Source of the DNA: Octopus vulgaris
Taxonomy: Eukaryota
Length of the DNA: 64,000 nucleotides
Reading direction: 5' to 3'
NCBI GenBank assembly: GCA_951406725.2
Contig: OX597815.1
Coordinates: 27,776,001 to 27,840,000 of the forward strand
Shown: positions 39,061 through 51,415 of the stretch, in pieces
Position numbering within the stretch: the first letter of the stretch is position 1
Layout of the letters: each line of letters starts with the position of its first letter
Notes under the pieces: model-generated
The model's input: the letters and a program-made list of their open reading frames with translations, nothing else
Told to the model about the DNA's origin: nothing
The model's database searches: none
Made by a program: the position numbers and the translations under genes

Positions 39061-39472
39061 ACTCTTTTACTTGTTTCAGTCATTTGACTACGGCCATGCT
39101 GGAGCACCACCTTTAATCGAGCAACTCAACCCCAGGACTTATTCTTTGTAAGCCCAGTACTTATTCTATCGGTTTCTTTTGCTGAACTGCTAAGTGACGG
39201 GGGACATAAACACACCAGCATCAATTGTCAAGCAATGCTAGGGGAACAAACACAGATACACAAACGTACACGCACAAACACACACACACATATATATATA
39301 CACATATATACGACGAGCTTCTTTCAGTTTCCGTCTACCAAATCCACTCACAAGGCTTTGGTCAGCCCGAGGCTATAGTAGAAGACACTTTGCCCAAGGT
39401 GCCACGCAGTGGGACTGAACCCGGAACCATGTGGTTGGTAAGCAAGCTACTTACCACACAGCCACTCCTGCG
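39061..39472 (-). mobile_element. SINE family A
   Basis: Full-length reverse-complement match. Confidence 0.9.
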
Positions 39473-40385
39473 CTTGGTCATATTCAATGCCACTCCAAAC
39501 CATCAATGTTATCAATCTACCTCTCTCCCAGTATGATGTCTATAATGAAAGGTTGCATCAGATTGGCCTATATTCAATATCTACTAAACCCTTCAGTGCA
39601 GTTATCTATCCCCTTTGTGTTATTCACCATGCTCTTTCTCTCTTACCATTTCCCATCACTATTACAATCACCAACTCTCTTTTACTATCATCTTTCTTTG
39701 TTGCTTTCAATCACTCTCTTTTTCTCTCACTCACTTTACTCTCTCCTGCGTCAGTCATTGTTGACACACAACACACTCTTTCACTTTCAGTTCTCTTTCT
39801 TCCATTATCTTGTCTCCCTAACTCTCACTGTTCATGCTCTGCTTTTATTCAATCTCCTTACCAACAACCCCCATATAGCATATCACTGTCTCTCTTCCAC
39901 GAATACCATCCATACTATCCTCTTATTACTCTGTTTCTCCTATCAGGCTTTTTTGTTTTACCTTCTATATTATTTTTTTCTGTTATTGCTCTGTTCTCTT
40001 TTCACCCCTTCAGTTATATCTGACTTAAGTGAACAAAGACAACCAAGTAGTGAGGGTTGTTTAGTCTTGTGGTTGCAAGGCAACTACTCTAGTGTTAGCA
40101 CCTTGATAAAATGTATCTGGAACATTCAGTAAAGTGGTTAGCAAATGAGCAGAAATAATGCAGAGTCAAGAGGAGTTTTTAGTTTTGTCAAGAACTTAAC
40201 TTCTCTAGTGCTGCTGCCATGATAAAAGATACTCCATATAGTGGCTGGCAATAGGAAGGGCATCTTACCGTAAAAATCACATTATAATTTAAGTGTATGA
40301 GCAAGATCTGGTTTACAGTCCATCTAAGACAGTGCTTCTCAAACTTTTTTTAACTATTGTCTGTTTTTTTTCACTAACACTTTTT

Positions 40386-40602
40386 GGTGATCTTACGGTA
40401 CAAGTACCATAACTGCCAATTATAAACCCACGTGGGTTTGTTTACATTTCTGAAGAAAAAAGAAACCCTTTTCTCCCACCCCTAACTCTAACCCTAACCT
40501 AACCCTAACACAAATTCTAACCCTAACCCTAACCCTAACCCTAACACCCCATATGTAAACAAACACACGTGACATTTATGGTACTTGTACTGTAAGATCG
40601 CC
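40386..40602. mobile_element. Merlin-like MITE carrying (CCCTAA)n repeats
   Basis: TIRs ggtgatcttacggtacaagtaccata / tatggtacttgtactgtaagatcgcc. 8-bp TSD cacttttt / cacgtttt. About 9 perfect or degenerate CCCTAA units at 40480-40545. Confidence 0.8.
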
Positions 40603-41030
40603 CACGTTTTCAGCATGCTCTTGCTGCAATTCAGTGACCTGCATCGTTAATGCACATACATGTAATATCTGGTTAAAGTAATTTAATTCTGGGAACTAAT
40701 TTGAGGCAATGATTACTTGCCACAGCACCACTCTACTATAAATGAATATTTGAAGTACAACTGCTTGATTTAAGTTACTGATCCAACCTTTAATATGACT
40801 TTGGTTAAACTCAGGTAATGAATTCTTAGTGCTTCATATATACTCCAATAACTAGCAATTGGAATTTATCATTATATTCAATTTATAGTGTGTTTTATAT
40901 ATATTCACATACACATGTATATTGATTTTTCAGTCTGTGTGCAAGTTTACATATGCCAACTTATATCAGTAGGTAGATTATGAGATTAAGAGATGATACT
41001 TACAGCTAGAATTGAGAATGTCCAAGCATG

Positions 41031-41357
41031 TCATCATCATCATCATCGTTTAATGTCCGCTTTCCATGCTAGCATGGGTTGGACGATTTTGACTGAGGGC
41101 TGGCGAACCAGATGGCTGCACCAGGCTCCAATCTTGATCTGGCAGAGTTTCTACAGCTGGATGCCCTTCCTAACGCCAACCACTCCGAGAGTGTAGTGGG
41201 TGCTATTTACGTGCCACCAGCACGGGGGCCAGTCAGGCGGCACTGGCAACAACCTCGCTCAAATCTTTTTACACGTGCCAGTGAAGCGACGTTGGTAACG
41301 ATCACGCTCGAATGGTGCGCTTTTACGTGTCATGGGTACAGAAGCCAGTTGGCTGCT
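41031..41357 (-). mobile_element. SINE-like family B (long variant)
   Basis: Matches 10658-11020 and 58530-58722. Confidence 0.85.
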
Positions 41358-42229
41358 ATATATAATATACATATATATCTTTTTCTTTATTTACTAATTT
41401 ACATTTTTCAGGAAACAAACTCAAAAATAACTGTATAGATGCATCTGTTACACTGACCATACTTTTTATTTGCAGTACCAATATAAAATCTGCTCCCCCG
41501 CCCTCTGAGTGGTACTACCTACTTTAAGAACCATTGACCTCAGATGGCAGTAACTCCAAATAAAATGTGACTTGGACTATGGCAACTTGTCCAAAACATG
41601 CCAGCATGGAAAGTTCATTAAATGATGATGAGGAGGATAAGGAAGAGGAGGGGGGATGAAGAGAAGGAGGGGGAGGAGGAGGAGGGGAGGAAGAGGATGA
41701 ACAAGAGGAGGAGGATAGCCACTGTTATTTAAGAAGGCAATAAAAAAAATCACTTATTTGTTATTCAGAAACACTTGGCCTATAAGAAAGTAGCATCTCA
41801 TAATTTGGGAATGATTTCACTAAAAACGACTCAGAGCAATTATGTTCCATTTGAGCCCAGAAGTGTAGGACACGCCAATCCAAAACAGATATCTGGAGGT
41901 GAAATAAACAGCTTACTTGCAAAAATCTGCATGATATACTATGTTAGTTTTGACAAGAAAAGGTAACAAATGTCCATGACACATTTCAAAAGTTTATCTC
42001 TAGAACAAAATCTGACAACAACTACAAATATCTATGTATATGTGGGTGTGAGAGAGAAAGAGAGAGAGAGAGAGAGAAGGGTTTTGATGATGTATTAATA
42101 AATGCTGAATGCACCAAATGTGTCGAGTGAGTACAATGTAGAATGAGCAATTACCACTATATGTCAATGTATTATCTTCCAATAAATGATAATTTTCTTT
42201 CAAATCACGGGGTCCATGGAGCTGGTGCA

Positions 42230-42301
42230 TATCATCATCATCATCATCACCATCACCACCACCACCACTGCCACCAGCACCACCACCACCACCACCATCA
42301 C

Positions 42302-42381
<80 letters not shown>

Positions 42382-42450
42382 CCACCACCACCACCACCAT
42401 CACCACCATCATCACAACCATCACCACCATCACCATCATCACCATCATCA
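42230..42450. repeat. (CAT)n/(CAC)n compound microsatellite, expanded from a family B tail
   Basis: Direct reading. Followed by a degenerate family B body (42451-42625, minus) and a + strand copy (42670-42905). Confidence 0.9.
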
Positions 42451-43850
42451 TTTAAAGCTTATGTTCTATGCAGATATAGGTTTGACAGATTGACAGGATC
42501 TAATGGATGCAAGGTCTGCATCATGCTCCAGGGTCTGCTTTGGCATGGTTTCTTTGGCTACCCTTCTTAACGTCAACAACTTTACAGTGGTTACTGGTGC
42601 TTTTTTTTTTATGCCACCAGCATTAGTGAGGTCACCATGTAGCTTACAAGACTACGAATCTGCCTCACTGGTCCCTGTGCCTGTGGTACGTAAAAAGTAC
42701 TATCTAAACGTGATCGATGCCCGCTTGACTGGCTCCTGTGCTGGTGGCATGTAAAAAGCACCCACTGCACTCTCTGAGTGGTTGGCATTAGGAAGGGCAT
42801 CCAGCTTTAGGAACATTGGCAGATCAGATTGGAGCCTGGCTCTCCAGACCTCAGTCAAGCCGTCCAACCGATGCCAGCATGGAAAACGGATGTTAAACGA
42901 TGATGATAATATATGTGTGTTTGTTCCCCATTCACTACTTTTGGTTCGTTTTACATTCCTGAAATTTAGTCATCTGGCAAAAGGAAGCGATGGAATAAGT
43001 ATAGGGGACAATTTGTTCTGCTAAAGCCTTCAAGGCAATACTCCAGCATGGCTGCAGTCGAGTGACTGAAATATGTAAAAGGTAAAGGATAAATTTTTAT
43101 TTTATAGATAGAACCTGAAAGTAAGTTTTCAACAGTATTCGACTTTAATTAAAAATTAACTAAAAATTTCCTATTATAAGTTGCCTCCCTTGACTAGTTC
43201 AGACGAGTGGGGGAAACAGCACGTCTTCAAAAATTTCTTACACTGTGTATATATTTCTTGTTGATAAAGATTATTTATCAGTATTTGTAAATATTACGGA
43301 AGAACATTAAAGGGAAAAGATACAGCAAGCCAGTGAGAGACACCTTTCTGTAAGAGTTTAATTTTCGTGTCACGTACGAAACTTTTAAAATCCGTGTTGA
43401 AGTTATCAACAAGCTCAGTAAGGAAGTTGTAGGTGAATATCCATTAATACATAACCACTGCTTTCTTTCTTATATTTTATTCCTGAGATTATTCTAAAGG
43501 AATTTTGGACTAAATATCAATAAGAGCTACCATATAGCAACAATTCTCAACGCAGAATTAAAGATAAGAAATTTGAAACTGAGGATGAATATTGTTCAAT
43601 ACTAAACGCATTGAATAGTTAGGTGTTAGAGAGTGTGTGTGAGGGACATCAAACAGTTTCAAGCAAGAGACTTTACAAGGTATAGATGGGGAAATTACCA
43701 TCATTATATATATCAAAATAAGAAACGTGTATCTCTTTTCCTGAACCTCGAGGCAACATATGTCAAAACCATCAAAGTTACTATAAATACTGAGTCACAC
43801 AATTAATACTAGGCCACATAACAATCAAAGATGCTTGTGTGACCTAGGTT

Positions 43851-44136
43851 TTATGACATAGCAAAAACTACAACCACATTTATGACATAGCAAAAACTAC
43901 AACCACATTTATGACATAACAAAAACTACAACCACATTTATGACATAGCAAAAACTACAACCACATTTATGACATAGCAAAAACTACAACCACATTTATG
44001 ACATAGCAAAAACTACAACCACATTTATGACATAGCAAAAACTACAACCACATTTATGACATAGCAAAAACTACAACCACATTTATGACATAGCAAAAAC
44101 TACAACCACATTTATGACATAACAAAAACTACAACC
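43851..44136. repeat. 29-bp minisatellite, ~10 copies (atgacatagcaaaaactacaaccacattt)
   Basis: ATG of successive units at 43853, 43882, 43911 ... 44114. Units 3 and 10 carry a G>A variant. Confidence 0.95.
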
Positions 44137-44754
44137 CAAAGACTAGCCTTTCTCTGCAGGGTCAGAATTTATTTCAGCTCTAAACAGTTGCAGACTCTCA
44201 ATAAAACTCAAGAGAAATCCACTATGGGATACTGTTCTTGGGTGTGGGACAATGCTACTGCTATACACACAAACATTCCTTATCACATCCAAAAGAAAGC
44301 CACCCTGCTGATTGATAAGGAGATACAGAGTCACTTACCAATACACTTTAATCTCTTATAGCACAGCTCTCTCACTCTGCCTTTTCTGTCACTACCACAA
44401 TGGTCTTTAGTCCTCTGAGGTATCTGTGTGCATTCCACCTCCATCCAAGCCCTGCCAAGACCCTCATCTCTCTTCCACTTATCAACCATACTGTATTTCA
44501 TCAGACCCAGCACTAACTAATATATCCAGTCGTTTATCCTTGGAGTGTCTTCTCTCCAGAATTCCTCATTCACCTGTTGTTTTTTTTCCTGTAGTTGTCC
44601 ATTTGCAATTATTTAAGATGAACATCACCCTCATCATTATCATCAGTCTCGAGCCTCTGAAGATTATAGGTGCAGCCCCTTTCTCCTGATTGAAGAATTA
44701 ACACAAAATAATTTGATGTTATGGGAAACACAGTGAAATTTTTGACAAACTGAC

Positions 44755-45181
44755 AGAAACTCCGACGTCTGGCAGCTGACTTGGCAGACACCCATAAAAT
44801 TATTAACCATCTCACTAACAATAACTCTGAGCACCTTTTCAAACTCCACCTGTCTTACACCCGTGGACATGTTTACAAAGTCAGAAAACAGCACAATTCC
44901 CATGACTTTCGGAAACATTTTTTCACGCTAAGAGTTGCTGAAGCATGGAACAAACTGCCGGCATCAGTTGTTAGTTGTCAGAGCACTGCATCCTTCAAAA
45001 CTTCCATGCTTCCTGAAATTCGTCAACACTACACCTGACTTTCTCCCCTCCATACACATGCAAGCATGTATCTGTTGACTTTCCAGATATTTGTATATTA
45101 CTGCATATATTTTATATGCACTTTTGACAAGTCGTGGTGCACCTGAGCACTGTATACAATAATTTCATTATTATTATTATT
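44755..45181 (+). mobile_element. CR1-clade LINE 3' fragment
   Basis: KLRRLAADLADTHKI...FFTLRVAEAWNKLP, 3' UTR ending tgcacctgagcactgta and a (TTA)n tail. Confidence 0.9.
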
Positions 45182-45358
45182 AAAGTATCCTTAGCATAGC
45201 TAAGACTGTACCTCAAGGACTGTCCTTTCTCTTCAAGGTTAGAAAATATTTTAGTTTCCAACAATTGCTAACAATCTATAAATATTGAGTGAATCTCATC
45301 TTGGATGGCACTACAAATGTAGTTTTTCTATCTGTGCGAGATAAGACTATCTGTAGAC

Positions 45359-45519
45359 CAGTGGTTCCCAACTTGTGGTCTGCGGACCACTGGTGGTCCA
45401 CAAAGGTAGTACTGGGTGTCCATGAACATGTTAAGCAGACCTTTCAATATCCTGGGGTCCGTGGGAAAACTCATTTAAATAAAAGGAATCCTTGGTAATG
45501 AATAGGTTGGGAACCACTT
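45359..45519. mobile_element. hAT (Charlie-like) MITE
   Basis: TIRs cagtggttcccaac / gttgggaaccact; 8-bp TSD ctgtagac / ttgtagac. Confidence 0.75.
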
Positions 45520-46610
45520 TTGTAGACATTTGACAATTGCGAAATATTCAGTTTCCTCACTTGTGCCATTAGTATGAGTGTGAGAGCCAAAAGGAGTTGA
45601 GTATTGAAGTCACTGAGGATGGTGACTTCAAAAAGGATGAAACTAGCTGCCATTAATGCAGGAAATAATATAGTCAAAGCATTGTTACTGGTTGGAGGAG
45701 TCAGGAAGAGAGAGAAGTTCGAGTCAACTGGAACTCTTTGTTACTGATATCCAAGTGAGAGAGGTGCATAGTGGGGAGAGCAGACTCTACATATATGTAG
45801 ATATCACCTTTCAAAGTGAAGTTTGAGTAAAGAGTGTAATAATAATAATGAAATTATTGTATACAGTGCTCAGATGCACCACAACAATATGGACAACAAG
45901 GATGGCCTATGAATAGTTGAGAGATTTGTGTCTCAGTGAAGCATAGGCTTGGCATGTTAGTAAGAAGAGATGTATGGGGTCTAGGCTGGAACAAATTCTA
46001 CGGTTGTTAAAGAAGAGGAAGAAACTTGACCAGTGGGTTTAGTTCTGATACTTGGTATTTTGGAGAAGTGTGAGACCATAAAATCATAAAACATTGAGAG
46101 ACCATAAAACCTTTCTGCTGGGAACTGGATTTGAATTATTTCGACAGAGTGAACTCTGCTAAAGGTACCATTGGACAAGGAGGTGGTGCTGAAGTAGGCA
46201 GTGCCTTGTGCCTACCACCCAGAGGGAGAAAAAGGAATAAGGAGGGGACATTTATATCATTTACAACAGAACTACAAGAGAAGAATGATGACCTAAAAAC
46301 TAAGCGGCAAATGTATGAATGGTTTGTCTCAGTTGCTTTACTTCATTCATCTAGATAGTAGTTCATTGGTAGAGTGTACTGAGGGCAGAGATAATAAAAC
46401 ACGAGGAGGAAGAGGAAGAGGAGAAGGAGGAATGATATGTAAGTGTAAAACTGCCATGAGTTTTCAATGAAATTAATCTAGATAGGCACATACAAAATAG
46501 TATCACAGGTCCAAGAATGTGTTTTGCAGGTAAGATGAAGCATGATTAAAGGATAGGAAATATTACTGTATTGTAGACTTACTCTCAATTTTGCATTGAG
46601 AAAATGACAT

Positions 46611-47058
46611 TTAACCCTTTTGTTACTGTATTTATTTTGAGATGCTCTGTGTTGCTTTCAATTACTTTAAATATAGCAAAGAATTTAGTAAAATAACTTA
46701 ATCATTAACCCTTTTGTTACTAACCCGGCCAAAACCGTCTCTGGCTCTGTGGTAAATGTTTTGTTTTCATAAGTTTTGAATTAAAATCTTCCACCAAACC
46801 TTAGTCACAATTTATGTTCCTAACACTAGCTTAATGATAACTAAGTTATTTTACTAAATTCTTTGTTATATTTAAAATAATTGGAAGAAATACAGAGCAT
46901 CTCAAAATAAATACAGTAACGAAAGGGTTAAGCTAGTGTTAGGAACATAAATTGTGACTAAGGTTTGGTGGAAGATTTTAATTCAAAACTCATGAAAACA
47001 AGACATTTGTACCCAGAGCCAGAGTCAGTTTCAGCCGGGTTGGTAACGAAAGGATTGA
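46611..47058. mobile_element. piggyBac-like MITE with a second copy of the same MITE (46709-46927) inserted in reverse at an internal TTAA
   Basis: Outer TTAA-CCC at 46611 with degenerate end at 47054. Inner CCC...GGG flanked by TTAA at 46705-46708 and 46928-46931. Confidence 0.9.
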
Positions 47059-47190
47059 AACAACATTGGTGTTGTTGCTGTTGAATACATAAATATACAT
47101 AATTGTAAATTTGTAATTGCAAATTATAAATATGCAATATATAATTATAATTTTAAACCTATAATCTATACATGATTGTGTACAAATGTA

Positions 47191-47290
47191 TATTTACACA
47201 TAAGCTGTATATTATCAAGTGTACACTTACACATAAGCTGTATATCACTAATTGCATATTTATACATAAACTGTATATTGACAATTGTAG
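47191..47290. repeat. 33-bp tandem repeat, 3 diverged units (ttacacataagctgtatat core)
   Basis: Core recurs at ~47194, 47227 and 47260. Confidence 0.65.
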
Positions 47291-47296
47291 AGATGT

Positions 47297-47445
47297 AATA
47301 ATAATAATAATAATAATAATAATGACATTATTGTACACAGTGCTCAGGTGCACCACAACTTGTCAAAAGTGCGTATAAAGCATATGCAGTAATATACAAA
47401 TGTCTGGAAAGTGAACAGTGTATGAGTCAGATACATGCTTGCGTC
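47297..47445 (-). mobile_element. CR1-clade LINE 3' UTR fragment
   Basis: Reverse complement of 45058-45181, with (TAA)n tail. Confidence 0.85.
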
Positions 47446-48249
47446 ACCCATTTGTAGTAAGTGGTTGATGCTTATTTCAAAAAGAATAAAATTGCAAACA
47501 TCTATCAAGTAAAGATTAATTTTATTGGTAAGTAAAGTCATATATACGTTTCAAATATAATATTCCATGTGGACAAAATAATAAATTTTACCAGTCTTTA
47601 TTTTTTCTCAAGATAGAGTTACCTTTTCATTATATAAAAAAGCAAGATCATTTGTCCTTAATTAATTAGAGTCCAAAATGTTGTGCATACAAGTAAAAGT
47701 ATTTATTATTTAAGTCAATATATAGAAAGTGATTTCATCAATTTCTATAATACTAAGAGAACAATTTAGGCTTTTTAAGTTCAATTCTTTCTAGAAGCAG
47801 GTGAATGATGTAAGTGAAGAATTTTTACATCTCTATAAGTGATATGAATTTTGTAGTGGGTATAAAAATTAATCAAACATTTCCTACGAATGCAAAGATA
47901 GATGGGTAGATAGATAGATATTGATTTTATAATGGCTACACCATGTCCCTGTATATTGTTGAGAGAGCATTAAAAGAGGGTTGGCATTATGAAGGTTTTC
48001 TGAGGTTGTAATCCTCACCACATACACACATACATAGATATCTGTCTATATATATATTTGTATATTGATGTTTGATTTTGTATGGAGTTATATATAAAAA
48101 CAACATGACATTAAATTGAAGGGTCACTTAATACTTTTTAATTGGGAACATATTTTTTCAGGAATTTTTTCAAGAAAAAATTTTAAAATGACTTTAGTCT
48201 TGGCTTAGTAGCCATCATTACATATTCAACTAATATTGTTATTAGTATT

Positions 48250-48440
48250 AGTTGGACAAAATGCTTAACAGTATTTCACCTGTCTTTACATTCTGAGTTC
48301 AAATTCTGCCAAGACTGACTTTGCTTTTCATCCTTTCAAACACAATGAAATAAGTACCAGCTGAGCACCGGGGTCAATGTAATTGAATGGTCCCCCACCA
48401 CTGCCAAATTTTAGGCCTTGTGCCTATAGTAGAAAGGATT
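48250..48440 (+). mobile_element. SINE family C, diverged
   Basis: ctgagttcaaattctgcc...ttttcatcctttc...taagtaccag...ggccttgtgcctata. Confidence 0.7.
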
Positions 48441-49235
48441 ATGATAAGTATTATTAATAATAATAATAAAGAAATCATCAAAAAATAAAAATTAAAATTA
48501 AATAAAAAAAAAAATTATTGTTATTAAGGGGAATGTTCATAATCTTTGCAAACTGCTTTTAATTAGTGAGGTTGATGTGGTTGGTATTAAACTTCTGTAA
48601 GTTATATCAGGTGGAAAAAAAATGTGGGCAGGGAGTTCCAATAGGTAGTAGTTGTAGTATAAGTAGTAGTAGTGGTGGTGGTGGTAGTAGTAAGTGTAGT
48701 AGTAACTTAACCCCAAGTTAACCTAATTGAACATCTGTAATCATAGGTATTATTACAGGTGTTCTAGCCTTGTCCATTTCATCTTTTTTTTTCTGAAGTT
48801 GCATCCAAGATTACCTTATCCAAAGTGTCCTTTTCTAACACACTGGAGGTGTGATATAAGAAAGAATTTGCTGCTATTTCTAGCATGCTAAGCAGCTACA
48901 CAGAGGTTTTCTTTTTGGCTCAAGCGAACCAGTAGTTGCAGCATGTTAGCAAGTGTAACATTGCCAATCAGCTGACTGGCCTTTTATTTTGGTTACTAAG
49001 GTGATAATGTGTAGCAGCAAAACCATATCAAGTATGTCAGCAGTACTCTGATATGGCCTTTAAGAGCCAAAGTATTTTCTATTTCTGAAAAAAAGGAATT
49101 CATCTATGAGATGCAGTTTTGGGCAATGCTGTATGTGTGAAGTATCTACTATTAGATATGGGTATGGACTCTAGCACGATAATAACATTGAGGGTTTTAG
49201 CTCTGCAGTGCTTATGAAGTGTTGTGACAGCAAAA

Positions 49236-49626
49236 TCTATATATATAAAGCTGAAGTTGTCTGTATATGGCAGGTTTGGTAGCCTTCAACTAACACTATC
49301 TCCTCCGAGACCCTGCGGCACGAGTTGACCAAAATTGAGAGTATGATAGAAGAAGGCTTGCTCTTCCTTCTGTAGAAGAAAAAATTAAAATCGGATCATG
49401 TTAACACCAAAAATTATTTAGATCAAAAAGGTGCTTTTTTTCTATGAAAATCCCTATTTTTTATGATTTTTTGACTGCTGTGTCACCATTTTTTGGTGTA
49501 TTTCAACCAGAAAAATGTTCACTTAAAGAGAATAACAAGCTACATAATGCAAAAATTTTTACTTTTCAAAAATTCCAATTCTAAAGGGTCAAAACAAACC
49601 CGAGCAACACTGGGCGATACTGCTAG
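49236..49626 (+). mobile_element. Non-autonomous Helitron-like element
   Basis: A|TC...CTAG|T termini, 5' tctatatatataaagctgaagttgt and 3' cccgagcaacactgggcgatactgctag, as in 2936-3320. Confidence 0.75.
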
Positions 49627-50548
49627 TATATGCTAAAATTTTAAATTGTAAATTCACCACCACCATAAAAACACATGTAATTTTAGAGACTAAAAATTAA
49701 AAGGATATGTGGGTAACTGAAGAGTAAAAATAGCTAGAGAATTTGAAAAATTACCATCAGCTTGCCTTTGAAATGCTTAAGGAAAAGTGAGAATTTGTGA
49801 TTGGTTGTTTTCTCTTTTACTCACAATGTCTGGAGGAAGACTCATTGACTCCCAAGACTAGTAATATTAATGTCATTAATGTTTTGTATTAACTGTTGCA
49901 AGGTGACACCTGCAGGAAACACATGAGAAGAAAGGGAATTCTAGAAGACTAACATTGTAGAGAGGAAGGATTGTGAGCAGAGGTTAATGAAGGACCAAGA
50001 TGAGTGATGAAAAGAGGAGAGGCAAGTGAACTGGGAGTAACAAGAGTGGCGGTAACTAGAGTCACTAGCTTTGAAGAGCAGAGGCCGTTGTAGTAGCTCT
50101 AGAGAAAAGAGAGGAAGGGCATATTTATCAATGTCTGTGAGTGACATAAAGTCACCCAGTCAAGTACCTTTGTGTAGATGTGGTCTTGGAAGTCTCTGTG
50201 CTACAACAGCACTAATGCCATTCTAGATACATGTACAATGCTTTATTATGGACCTCAACGACACTTCATAAAGTGTCAGAAATTTTGGGAGTCTGAAATA
50301 TTTTCAGCCCCTGAAGAGAAGGGCCAGTCATTGAGAGGTAGTCGTATGTTAAGTAGGTAAGTTAAAGAAAAGAAAGCAGCTGAGAAAGTTTCTATGCGGG
50401 AGAGTGAAATGAGCTACTGTTTGGGATACTCTAAACAGACTGAATTTCCCTAGAAATCTTTTGGTAGTTCTACATATTCTGATCCACTGACCTACAACAA
50501 ATATAACAATGGTGATAATAATGATGATAATAATTTCTTTTTTCTTAC

Positions 50549-51110
50549 CTGCTTTTAGAATCTGCTTCTGTGGGAAGTAAAAGCCATTGTATTGTTAGAG
50601 CATACTTTAATGACTGAGTTATATAAAAGGTTGAGGAAGATGTGAATCTATAGTGTGAAGTCTGTTTAAGTTATAAGCAAATTCCAGAAAATTCGGGTGT
50701 CAGAAGTTAGTCTTTTTGTTGACGCAATATCAATATTTTCTAATGACTATTGACCGAGTGACTAAAATACAAAGGTTCCTATTGAATACTTCATGATCAA
50801 ACTGTAAATAATTAAGTGTTTCTGTATTTCTGATTTGTAACATGTAAACTATCTGAAAGTCTGGAATATTGATATAATAGTATCAGTTTCTGTACTTTAT
50901 TTGTATAACTAATAATCTAGGAAAAGAATTTTAACTCATGAATTTGTAACACTGAATGCTTGTGCCTTAATTTAAACTTAATGAAAAAATCACAAAAATA
51001 CAATGTAAAAAAGATCCTCCTAAATTGTTATTGACATTTATTTGCAAAATATACAGGGTAAGTTTTCAAGTTATAGTTAAGTACTGTAAAAGTCAATAAA
51101 AAATAATAAC
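50549..51110 (-). other. Candidate non-coding (5' UTR or lncRNA) exon
   Basis: Strong acceptor (T)12atttcttgcag at 51111-51113 and donor CAG|gtaaga at 50548. TE-free unique sequence with no long ORF. The true 5' boundary could be an internal AG. Confidence 0.3.
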
Positions 51111-51295
51111 CTGCAAGAAATAAAAAAAAAAAACCTACCATAACCATTGTTGGGCTAATAAGGGAACTTTTATATGGTTACCTGGCCTGCAAGGAAAACT
51201 ATCCAACTCTTCTGCAAATCACATCCAATTGGCTTAAAGATGAAGACATTGCATATGATTCTGGTTGATTTGTGTCTGAATGGAATAATCGTAAC

Positions 51296-51415
51296 TGAAA
51301 CTCTGCCAGATCAGATTGGAGCCTGGTGCAGCCATCTGGTTCATCAGTCCTCAGTCAAATTGTCCAACCCATGCCAGCATGGAAAGCAGACGTTAAACGA
51401 TGATGATGATGATGA
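51296..51415 (+). mobile_element. SINE-like family B 3' fragment
   Basis: ccaacccatgccagcatggaaagcagacgttaaac(GAT)n. Confidence 0.8.

Larger units (their letters stand above)
40330..41536. mobile_element. Possible old hAT non-autonomous element hosting nested insertions
   Basis: Ends cagtgcttctcaaac / tttaagaaccattg resemble Charlie-type TIRs. TSD is weak (atctaaga / acctcaga). Confidence 0.3.

Noticed and set aside
39431-40132. 233-aa and 178-aa hydrophobic ORFs
   Set aside because: The longer one starts inside a SINE, and both run through CT-rich low-complexity DNA that lacks stops by composition. No recognisable domain.
40480-40545. Telomere or telomere-fusion relic
   Set aside because: The CCCTAA units lie inside a TIR/TSD-bounded MITE and are short and degenerate.
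42143-42493. Poly-His / poly-Ile / poly-Met ORFs
   Set aside because: (CAT/CAC)n expansion of a SINE tail; no supporting exon structure.
43851-44136. CRISPR-like array of 29-bp repeats
   Set aside because: Units are directly adjacent with no unique spacers, there are no cas genes, and the context is eukaryotic. It is a minisatellite.
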